A stretch of 64,000 nt of DNA, from the IMG/VR virus record IMGVR_UViG_3300035424_000154, positions 1 through 64,000 of that record; one strand, given 5' to 3'. The translations under genes and the position numbers were made by a program. Under the pieces are notes generated by a model. The model was not told where the DNA came from. It was given only the letters and a program-made list of their open reading frames with translations, and made no database searches. The DNA comes from a virus. Taxonomy: Duplodnaviria; Caudoviricetes. Shown in pieces: positions 27,773-34,527 of this stretch. Every line of letters begins with the position of its first letter. The first letter of the stretch is position 1.

Positions 27773-28380
27773 TGCACTCTCCTTGCAACATTTTTCGCTC
27801 GGAACGCACGGAGCATATCACTTTCCCATGCTGTTTTGATATGGCTTCTGCACCATTTCACATAGCGATCGTATTGAAGTGCTGCCGCTTGAGTGGATAG
27901 GCCACACACTGTCTTCAGTTCGTCAACTGAACGGATTCCCATTTCTCGTAATATTGGCAATGGTGCAAGTAAATTCCACGCAAAATAGTCTGCTTCACTT
28001 TCAAGCTGATCGTAAAATTCGCGTTGTTCTGTATAAGCAATTTCAGCCACCTCCATGGTTTCCAAGTGTCCGATGCAAATATGTCCTATCTCATGCCCCA
28101 GCGTCCAACGAACACGCCCTGGATTCATAGACCCATTGTATAGAATAAGGTAGCGGTTTAACTCTGGATCATAATGGGTAGCACCAGAATTGCTTTTGCA
28201 TAGGACAGCAACATCTTGAACAGAGCAGCCTGCAACCTCTGCCGTCTTTTGATACGACATGATGCGGCAGCTATGAGGAACACACGGCAGGAGTGTTTCG
28301 GGCTGGATGGGATAGGAAATGGTATCCATCCTCTGGTATAGCTCCAAAACCTTGCGTTGTACAAAAACATTTCTTACCAT
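27769..28380 (-). CDS. ImmA/IrrE-family metallopeptidase (anti-repressor)
   Basis: RWTLGHEIGH (HExxH) and ESEADYFA; GGAGG RBS places the start at 28380. Confidence 0.9.
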   Translation of the reverse strand: MVRNVFVQRKVLELYQRMDTISYPIQPETLLPCVPHSCRIMSYQKTAEVAGCSVQDVAVLCKSNSGATHYDPELNRYLILYNGSMNPGRVRWTLGHEIGHICIGHLETMEVAEIAYTEQREFYDQLESEADYFAWNLLAPLPILREMGIRSVDELKTVCGLSTQAAALQYDRYVKWCRSHIKTAWESDMLRAFRAKNVARRVQ

Positions 28381-28422
28381 TTCGACCTCCCCCATTGTTG
28401 TGGGATTCTCAATTCTATCATG

Positions 28423-28806
28423 TTAGGTGTCCGATAATACGGACTTTTTCTGAGGCGGTATATCTTCATCGGAAAACGCATAGTCAAAGCCAATACGGAG
28501 AATCCCCATCATGCGCGTTTTATCCTTATCGGTCATACGCTCTCTGGCCCGCTGGAGGCTTATATAGTCAGGATCGCCCGCCAATGTGTCAGCGGTAGAT
28601 TTGATATCGGAGACACCAACCAAATAGTCGATGGAAACGTTAAAATAACTTGCAATTTTAGCAATTTTGTCGATAGTTGGAGAAACTGAGTGCTTCCACT
28701 TTGATATGGAAGAAGCGCTCATTCCCATTTCGGCCTCTAATTTGTTGAGAGTTATGTTATTTTCTGCACATAGTTCTTTGATTCTGGAGAAAATAATGGA
28801 GTCCAT
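28423..28806 (-). CDS. XRE-family HTH repressor (ImmR/CI-like)
   Basis: RIKELC...TLNKLEAEMGMSASSISKWK...PTIDKIAKIASYFNVSIDYL. Confidence 0.9.
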   Translation of the reverse strand: MDSIIFSRIKELCAENNITLNKLEAEMGMSASSISKWKHSVSPTIDKIAKIASYFNVSIDYLVGVSDIKSTADTLAGDPDYISLQRARERMTDKDKTRMMGILRIGFDYAFSDEDIPPQKKSVLSDT

Positions 28807-28819
28807 AACTGCACCTCCT

Positions 28820-28931
28820 GAAAATTTTCCGGAAAATGTGTTGACATCATGAATATATTCTGTTATAGTAGTCCACGGTCAGAAAATATTCTGGATATAG
28901 GCATTATATCATGAATAAACGGCAAAGTCAA
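28820..28931. promoter_or_regulatory. Face-to-face sigmaA promoters with three palindromic operators
   Basis: Rightward TTGACA 28841-N17-TATAGT 28869; leftward TTGACT-N17-TATAAT (28931-28903); GAAWAWWTTC palindromes at 28820, 28851, 28882. Confidence 0.8.
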
Positions 28932-28959
28932 TATTCTATAAAGTTGGGAGAGAACAAAA

Positions 28960-29424
28960 ATGCACATTAAAAACAGTATCGTAGCAGACTTCGGCAACTT
29001 CAAGCTGGACACTGACGCTGTGGGGCTGCGTAGCCTAAGCGATGAGGATATCAAACTCCCTTATACCGGAGTTCTCCCCCAGCAGATGGCCTTAGCGTCC
29101 AGTGCCTACATCTACTTCAACGTCCAGGTCACGCAGGACGTGAATGTGGTGCTGGTGGTGACTATGAAGAACGGGAAGCAAATGAAGCGTCCTCTGCATA
29201 CCTCCAATGAGGAGCTGATTTCCTTGCTGGATGAGTTTTTCGAGCAGGCCCTCGAAAGCACGGGAATGAAGTCCTATTATCTCGGTCTGTGGTGGGCGCA
29301 CTACATAGACTGGAAAAAGATCGTGACAAAGCCAGCCCGGTTGCTGAGTGCAATTTCAATGCTCTCTATAAATGACAAAAAAGCGTTGAAAGATGGAATT
29401 TCTCGCTGTATATCAACTGGATAA
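28960..29424 (+). CDS. Hypothetical protein, first gene of the rightward immunity transcript
   Basis: GGGAGAG RBS, 154-aa ORF. Confidence 0.75.
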   Translation: MHIKNSIVADFGNFKLDTDAVGLRSLSDEDIKLPYTGVLPQQMALASSAYIYFNVQVTQDVNVVLVVTMKNGKQMKRPLHTSNEELISLLDEFFEQALESTGMKSYYLGLWWAHYIDWKKIVTKPARLLSAISMLSINDKKALKDGISRCISTG

Positions 29425-29474
29425 TTTAGAAAACTGGTTTCTTGAAAAAAATTGTTTATTTTTTCATTTCTCTA

Positions 29475-29503
29475 TTGACATCTCTTGTAAGGTGTGGTAA
29501 TAT
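29475..29503 (+). promoter_or_regulatory. sigmaA promoter
   Basis: TTGACA-N17-TGnTAATAT. Confidence 0.8.
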
Positions 29504-29539
29504 AAGAATCACAGGGAACAAGTTGAGCGGATTGGAGAG

Positions 29540-30463
29540 ATGAAAATGATCCGTAATACCTTCTTTGAGGACTCCGTATTCACATCTATGGGTGAAGTAC
29601 AGCAGCGAGAGCTTCGTCGGACTTTGAAAAAGGTGGCCGAGTTTGAGGAAAGTACAGGCCAGTCATTGGAGGACGGATTCACCAGAGAACAGTATGTAGC
29701 TCTGTTTAACTCGATGAAGATTCGTCGCACCTATAATCTTTTTCACTTCAAGAGCCTCCTAACCAAGTATGTACAGTATCTTGTTGCTGACGGTTCGTTG
29801 GCGTTGGAACAGTGCAACATTTTAGATTCTATCTCCCCAGACGACCTCAGTGTGGTTTACTACTTCAAGAACATCAATATGCTGTACGAAGCCGTAAAGG
29901 ATACTATCGAATCGTCGGAGTGCTATGATCCAGCGACATTTGATCCACCTGCGGTAGCAATCTTCCTTTCTTGGTATGGGTTGACAAAGGAAGAAATTGC
30001 TGATTATCGAAAAGAGAATGTTCTTGACGATGGGATTATCATAAGAGGTGAGAAGATTACACCTCCATTCCACGTCCTTCAGTTCTTTACGGCAATGCGT
30101 GACGCAGAGGGTTATTATCAGCAGGCCAAAGGCCGTGTCTTTCACACCTACCCCTATTCTGAGTATCTGATCCGTACAAGATTCAAAGATCACGTTAAGC
30201 CGATTGATGTGGTGAATCTGGTAGCTCGTGCAAACAAAGTGATGGATGGCGAGTATTCTTTAGAGCTGAACGTGATTCGTCAGTCTGGTATCTTCTTCCG
30301 GGCTTATCAACTGGAATGTGATAGCGTCAAGTTCGATTTGAGCGATCCGGTATTTGCTTCCAAGGTCTTTTGCGAGGACTTCACCGGTAAGGCCAAAAAG
30401 TACAAAGTGGCGCATATGTCCCGTATCCAGGACTTCAAGCTCTACAAGCAACTATTTTACTAA
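29540..30463 (+). CDS. MrpR/YopR-like tyrosine-recombinase-fold protein, probably non-catalytic repressor
   Basis: Integrase-type N-domain; WYGLTKEEI lacks the catalytic Arg; NVIRQSGIFFRAYQL resembles SPbeta YopR as recalled. Confidence 0.65.
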   Translation: MKMIRNTFFEDSVFTSMGEVQQRELRRTLKKVAEFEESTGQSLEDGFTREQYVALFNSMKIRRTYNLFHFKSLLTKYVQYLVADGSLALEQCNILDSISPDDLSVVYYFKNINMLYEAVKDTIESSECYDPATFDPPAVAIFLSWYGLTKEEIADYRKENVLDDGIIIRGEKITPPFHVLQFFTAMRDAEGYYQQAKGRVFHTYPYSEYLIRTRFKDHVKPIDVVNLVARANKVMDGEYSLELNVIRQSGIFFRAYQLECDSVKFDLSDPVFASKVFCEDFTGKAKKYKVAHMSRIQDFKLYKQLFY

Positions 30464-30482
30464 ATGGCTTCGGCCATTTAGT
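30459..30482 (+). terminator. Perfect 10-bp hairpin with C(UUCG)G loop at the gene end
   Basis: ACTAAATGGC-TTCG-GCCATTTAGT; no long T tract, so may be a stability element. Confidence 0.5.
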
Positions 30483-30492
30483 TAATAGAATA

Positions 30493-30509
30493 GAGACAAA
30501 AATACATAG
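30493..30509 (+). promoter_or_regulatory. 17-bp repeated motif
   Basis: GAGACAAAAATACATAG. Confidence 0.7.
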
Positions 30510-30517
30510 CAAAGGAG

Positions 30518-30823
30518 ATGAACAGTATGCTATTCAGCAAGCAGTCAGCGCCTACCCCCCCCATCTCGCACGACATTCTCATGGAAAAGCAGAACGAGGT
30601 GGCTCGGCTGGCCCGACAAGCAAACGAGGCAGTTGACCTCGTGACCCGCACTATCAACGATTTGGAGGGTATCAACCAGCAGATCGACGGTGCATTGTCT
30701 GAGATCGACGCCTACGCTCAGGAGCTGGCCGCGACTCGTGCGGCTATGTCCAAACAGCGGAGCAACAATACCGCTATCATTTCTAACTTCGCAAAGCTCC
30801 TGGATACCAGCAGCGCGGAGTAG
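30518..30823 (+). CDS. Coiled-coil hypothetical protein
   Basis: AAAGGAG RBS, heptad-like pattern. Confidence 0.75.
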   Translation: MNSMLFSKQSAPTPPISHDILMEKQNEVARLARQANEAVDLVTRTINDLEGINQQIDGALSEIDAYAQELAATRAAMSKQRSNNTAIISNFAKLLDTSSAE

Positions 30824-30838
30824 TAACCAATGAGATTG

Positions 30839-30890
30839 GGACGCTAACAGCCATTTTACAATATCAATTTTTCTTTGACACAATGCGTCC
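30839..30890 (+). ncRNA. Free hairpin with ACAGC(C)A module (variant)
   Basis: GGACGC-TAACAGCCA...AAT-GCGTCC. Confidence 0.55.
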
Positions 30891-30902
30891 TATGAAGCCC
30901 AT

Positions 30903-30993
30903 GGAGGGGTAAGCCTAATTGGTAAGGCCCCGGTTTGCTAAACCGGCAGTAACCCGAAAGGGCGTATGGGTTCGAGTCCCATCCCCTTCGCCA
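30903..30993 (+). tRNA. tRNA-Ser(GCT)
   Basis: Cloverleaf with CCGGT-TTGCTAA-ACCGG, long variable arm, GGTTCGAGTCC T arm, G73, encoded CCA. Confidence 0.95.
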
Positions 30994-31044
30994 GGACAGT
31001 GCATCCACACAGTCCATAACAATGTGGAGAACTTCTGGCACCTC

Positions 31045-31064
31045 CTCTCTCTCTCTCTCTCTCT
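31045..31064 (+). repeat. (CT)10 microsatellite
   Basis: Direct reading. Confidence 0.9.
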
Positions 31065-31111
31065 TTGACGGCGGGAAAGACCGCTGACAGCCTGGAAAGA
31101 CAGGCGCATAT

Positions 31112-31223
31112 GGGAAGCGTCTGGTAGGCAGCATTACAGTGTAATAGACGGCGGACACTTACAGCAATTTTACATAAAAAGACTTGAAATCTTTTGCTTG
31201 CGGTTCGACTCCGCAGCTCCCCA
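31112..31223 (+). ncRNA. tRNA-like RNA with ACAGCAA insert; residual TGA anticodon arm
   Basis: Acceptor GGGAAGC/GCTCCCC, T arm TGCGG-TTCGACT-CCGCA, AAAGA-CTTGAAA-TCTTT arm; degenerate D arm; ACAGCAA at 31161. Confidence 0.75.
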
Positions 31224-31263
31224 CAAAGCCGTCATAGCGATTCTCAGAAAGGAGGTTCGTGCC

Positions 31264-31293
31264 GTGAACAGAGTACGCGACCAGACCATTTGA
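31264..31293 (+). CDS. 9-codon mini-ORF MNRVRDQTI
   Basis: AAAGGAGG RBS 8 nt before GTG. Confidence 0.4.
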   Translation: MNRVRDQTI

Positions 31294-31403
31294 GCTATCT
31301 ATGGAAAAATGTATTCGGCTGAAATGTATGGGGCGGTGCCCCGACAAAATGTGAACCGCTCACAAAAGTGCGGAAAATTGGGACGCAGTTAAGGAGGCTC
31401 TGC

Positions 31404-31433
31404 ATGAATAAAGCACGAGACAAGCCCTGGTAG
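31404..31433 (+). CDS. 9-codon mini-ORF MNKARDKPW
   Basis: AAGGAGG RBS 6 nt before ATG. Confidence 0.4.
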   Translation: MNKARDKPW

Positions 31434-31480
31434 CGGATGAACCAATCGTACATTCGATCTGATGATTTTTGAACAACATA

Positions 31481-31530
31481 TGGACGCTAACAGCAAATCA
31501 TTCATAAATTTGAAAAACAAAATGCGTCCA
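31481..31530 (+). ncRNA. Free hairpin with ACAGCAA module
   Basis: TGGACGC-TAACAGCAA...AAT-GCGTCCA. Confidence 0.6.
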
Positions 31531-31572
31531 CTACACATCTGGCGAACGCCATTCATGGATATAGCGGTTTAT

Positions 31573-31629
31573 AGGGGCTTCCGTTTCCAATGTGTTTCAG
31601 ATGACACAGACAGCAATTAAAAAGCCCCT
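31573..31629 (+). ncRNA. Free hairpin with ACAGCAA module
   Basis: AGGGGCTT...AAT-GTGT..ACAC-AGACAGCAA...AAGCCCCT. Confidence 0.55.
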
Positions 31630-31634
31630 GATAT

Positions 31635-31751
31635 GCGGGGATAGCTCAGTGGATAGAGCGGCGGTATAAGAAATGTGGAACGGGTATTTCACTAACAGCA
31701 AAATTCTTGGGGAACCGTAAGTCGTAGGTTCGATTCCTACTCCCTGCACCA
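31635..31751 (+). ncRNA. tRNA-like RNA (117 nt) with ACAGCAA insert in the anticodon loop
   Basis: Acceptor GCGGGGA/TCCCTGC, A73+CCA, full D and T arms; GCGGT/ACCGT stem encloses an expanded region with ACAGCAA at 31695. Confidence 0.85.
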
Positions 31752-31835
31752 GCCGTTTGGGAACGGTGCATACAATCAAATCTCCTTTGCATGACGGTGG
31801 GAACGACCACTACTGCCGTGTAAGCGCGGCAATAT

Positions 31836-31952
31836 GCGGGCGTAGCTCAAGTGGTAGAGCAACCGACAATACAAAGTGTGTCATGGTATGACACCAACAG
31901 CAATTTCTTTGGAAAAATCAGTTTGTTGGAGGTTCGAGTCCTCCCGCCCGCA
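31836..31952 (+). ncRNA. tRNA-like RNA (Phe-like scaffold) with ACAGCAA insert
   Basis: Acceptor GCGGGCG/CGCCCGC, D and T arms canonical; GTGTCAT/ATGACAC hairpin then CAACAGCAA (31897); residual GAAAA. Confidence 0.85.
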
Positions 31953-31958
31953 TCATAT

Positions 31959-32033
31959 GCCACTGTAGCTCAGTTGGTAGAGCGCTGCAAGACAATGTTC
32001 AGGCCGTCATTGGTTCGAGTCCAATCAGTGGCA
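31959..32033 (+). ncRNA. tRNA-like RNA with degenerate anticodon arm
   Basis: Acceptor GCCACTG/CAGTGGC, perfect D and T arms, no U33-type 7-nt loop. Confidence 0.75.
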
Positions 32034-32214
32034 AGTTAATTTTTCACGAAGATGCAATCGCCAGCGTTGTGTCGGGAGTAAGTGGCTGGAAGTCCTCGAA
32101 GTACAAGGGGCCGTCTAAGGGTGTTCAGCAAAGGACGTAAAATAAGTGTAGTAACCGTGCAAATCGGAACGTCTGGGAAGTGTGCTACTCCCACCTGTGA
32201 GAGCCAGGATTATA

Positions 32215-32327
32215 TGTGTGGTGGCGGAATATGTAGACGCAAGTGGTTCAGGCGTGAGAACCGCCCGGAGTGTGCGCACACAAACGGCAGAAGACGCTTT
32301 GCGAGGTGAAAATCCTCGCCCACACAT
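32215..32327 (+). ncRNA. Leu/Ser-type tRNA-like RNA with two extra hairpins and aberrant T loop
   Basis: TGTGTGG/CCACACA, GCGGAATATGTAGACGC D arm, CGAGG-TGAAAAT-CCTCG T arm; no anticodon loop. Confidence 0.65.
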
Positions 32328-32334
32328 ATGATAA

Positions 32335-32452
32335 GCCAGGGTAGCTCAGTCGGTAGAGCACGTATCAATGCGTATCCAAGGAAACGCTTACAGCAATTTT
32401 TAAAAAGGACTTTTTAATCCCGTGGTCGTGGGTTCGAGTCCCACCCTTGGCA
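32335..32452 (+). ncRNA. tRNA-like RNA (Lys-like scaffold) with ACAGCAA insert
   Basis: Acceptor GCCAGGG/CCTTGGC; insert splits the 5' anticodon strand CG|GGA-CTTTTTAA-TCCCG; ACAGCAA at 32390. Confidence 0.85.
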
Positions 32453-32571
32453 CAAAACGCTTTGTTTCTGGTTTCTTGGGCGTATAACCAACTAAACCAG
32501 CGGGGGCCAAATTTTCGGTGCAGACAACGATAAGTGGGAACCGATGACCGCTCGGAAAGACGAGCAATTAT

Positions 32572-32676
32572 GCCGGGATAGCTCAGCGGTAGAGCAGTAT
32601 CGGACGGTACCGCCGACAGAATGTACATTCTGGACATTTAATCTACAGGTGGCAGGTTCGACTCCTGCTCCCGGCG
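32572..32676 (+). ncRNA. tRNA-like RNA (Asn-like scaffold, G73) with a two-hairpin insert
   Basis: GCCGGGA/TCCCGGC; insert splits GTA|GA-CATTTAA-TCTAC; includes palindrome CAGAATGTACATTCTG and ACAGAA variant. Confidence 0.8.
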
Positions 32677-32681
32677 TTCAT

Positions 32682-32803
32682 GCGGCAGTGGTGAAGTGGT
32701 AACACAGCGGTCGTCGAAATGCGAAGTGCAAAATTTCGCTAACAGCAATTTTCGGACAAAGCCAAACCGCCATGCGCAGGTTCGATTCCTGCCTGCCGCT
32801 CCA
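32682..32803 (+). ncRNA. tRNA-like RNA (Gly-like scaffold, U73+CCA) with ACAGCAA insert
   Basis: GCGGCAG/CTGCCGC; GCGGT/ACCGC stem; residual GCCAA; ACAGCAA at 32742. Confidence 0.85.
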
Positions 32804-32809
32804 TTCTCT

Positions 32810-32841
32810 GAACACAAACAGCAACAACGACAAACGTGTTC
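32810..32841 (+). ncRNA. Free ACAGCAA hairpin in the leader of the TROVE-like gene
   Basis: GAACAC-AAACAGCAA...AAC-GTGTTC, about 16 nt before the AGGAGG RBS. Confidence 0.6.
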
Positions 32842-32872
32842 CGGGTATCTCAAAATTAGGAGGTAAGAGACA

Positions 32873-34432
32873 ATGAGCAACTTTATGGATGGACTCAAGA
32901 GCACTCTCAACGACGAGCGTTCTGTCACTGAGAACGGCGCGGTCGGGTTCCGCACTACGGGCCGGTCGCTGCTGGATCTGAACTTTGCTGTGGCCTCTCT
33001 GCGGAGCGCCAGTGAGAAGGATATCCAGAATCGCTTCTCCAAGGCATTCTTCGAGGATAAGCTGACGGCAATGAAATGGCTCTTTTATGCGCGTGATGTG
33101 CGCGGTGGCCTGGGTGAGCGGCGCTTGTTCCGCGCCTGCATGGTGCCGATGGCGAAGGAGTTCCCCGAGTACGTCCGGCCCATCGTCAAGCTGATCCCTG
33201 AGTATGGACGCTGGGACGACCTGTGGTGCCTGCTGGACACGCCGGTGGCCGATGAGGTCATGCACAACGTATCTTTGCAGCTGACTGAGGACAACCACTT
33301 CTATGAGCAGAACCAGCCCATTTCTCTGCTGGCGAAGTGGATGCCGAGATGCAAGTGCCGGAACAAGGACAGGCGGCGTTATGCCACGATGTTGCGGGGA
33401 TACCTTAACCTGACCGAGCGTGACTACCAGCACACGCTGTCTGCTCTGTGCCGCCACCTGAAGGTGGTTGAGATGGATATGTCGGCTCAGAACTGGGATG
33501 GCATTGACTATCAGCGTGTCCCCTCCCGTGCCAACCTGCAGTATAACAGTGCGTTCCTGCGGCACGACGAGGATCGGCGGCGGGCGTTCTTGGCGGCGGT
33601 TGAGAAGGGCGAAGCGAAGATCAACGCTTCTGTTCTGTTCCCTCATGATATCGTGCATCAGTATCGTCGTGCTGGCAGCGGCATTGACAGCAATCTGGAA
33701 ATGCTGTGGAAAAACCTGCCTGACATGGTGCAGGGTTGCGGCAATACCATCGTGGTGGCCGATGGTTCCGGCAGTATGAGTGTCAACGTGGGTGGTACCA
33801 ACGTGTCTGCTCTGGAGGTCGCAAACGCACTGGCGATCTATTTTGCTGAGCGTTCCTCCGGCCAGTTCAAGGATCAGTATATCACCTTCTCTGAGCGTCC
33901 CCAGCTGGTGGATTTGAGCCACGGGAAGAATCTCCGCGAAAAGCTGAGGATTGCGGCAACTCATAACGAAGTTGCCAACACCAACGTCGAGGCGGTGTTT
34001 GACCTGATTCTTACCACGGCAATTAACAAGCACATGGAGCAGAGCGAGTTGCCGGCCAATATCCTTATCATTTCTGATATGGAGTTTGACAGCTGCGCCA
34101 CTACCAACGCTCAGCCTCGTAGGGGCTACAGCTGGGGGTACAGTAGCTGTGTGGCCCCTACTTCTACCCTGTTTGAGGTGATCGCCAAGCGATATGCTGA
34201 CGCCGGATACCAGCTTCCTCGTCTGGTGTTCTGGAATGTCAATTCCCGTACTGGCACCATCCCTGTTAAGGAGAACGATTTGGGGGTCGCCCTGGTTAGT
34301 GGCTTTTCTCCCAATGTCGCCAAGATGGTTATGAGCGGCAAGCTCGATCCCTATGATTGCCTGTTGGAGGCGATCAATGCTGAGCGGTATCAGCCGGTGG
34401 ACGATGTTCTGCGGCCTGTAATTTTCACTTAG
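32873..34432 (+). CDS. TROVE-like/vWA protein (DUF2828 family)
   Basis: TENGA, RDVRGGLGERR, EYGRWDDL, LLAKWMPR helical region plus vWA MIDAS VADGSGSM, TFS, ISDMEFD, VFWNV, VSGFS. Confidence 0.85.
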   Translation: MSNFMDGLKSTLNDERSVTENGAVGFRTTGRSLLDLNFAVASLRSASEKDIQNRFSKAFFEDKLTAMKWLFYARDVRGGLGERRLFRACMVPMAKEFPEYVRPIVKLIPEYGRWDDLWCLLDTPVADEVMHNVSLQLTEDNHFYEQNQPISLLAKWMPRCKCRNKDRRRYATMLRGYLNLTERDYQHTLSALCRHLKVVEMDMSAQNWDGIDYQRVPSRANLQYNSAFLRHDEDRRRAFLAAVEKGEAKINASVLFPHDIVHQYRRAGSGIDSNLEMLWKNLPDMVQGCGNTIVVADGSGSMSVNVGGTNVSALEVANALAIYFAERSSGQFKDQYITFSERPQLVDLSHGKNLREKLRIAATHNEVANTNVEAVFDLILTTAINKHMEQSELPANILIISDMEFDSCATTNAQPRRGYSWGYSSCVAPTSTLFEVIAKRYADAGYQLPRLVFWNVNSRTGTIPVKENDLGVALVSGFSPNVAKMVMSGKLDPYDCLLEAINAERYQPVDDVLRPVIFT

Positions 34433-34448
34433 AGCCAAAAATACATAG
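34432..34448 (+). promoter_or_regulatory. 17-bp repeated motif
   Basis: GAGCCAAAAATACATAG. Confidence 0.7.
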
Positions 34449-34527
34449 CGACAAGGAGGTTTGAATAGAGAACATACGCATTGTACCGTTCCTGTTCAAA
34501 CCTCCTTTGCTGTTAGGAGTGTGTAAA

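Noticed and set aside
29540-30463. Active prophage integrase
   Set aside because: First catalytic Arg and the His of HxxR are replaced; fits an MrpR-type repressor better. No att site identified in the window.
30856-32637. Short ORFs across the tRNA cluster in the ORF track
   Set aside because: They overlap structured RNA genes, mostly antisense, and lack an RBS.
31112-32803. Group I/II introns in tRNAs
   Set aside because: Inserts are only about 35-55 nt, far too short for self-splicing cores; no clear bulge-helix-bulge seen, though protein-mediated excision is not excluded.
32678-34438. 586-aa minus-strand ORF (and similar long antisense ORFs at 14793-15809, 18186-19211, 44065-45084)
   Set aside because: Antisense shadows of GC3-rich genes with recognisable plus-strand products.
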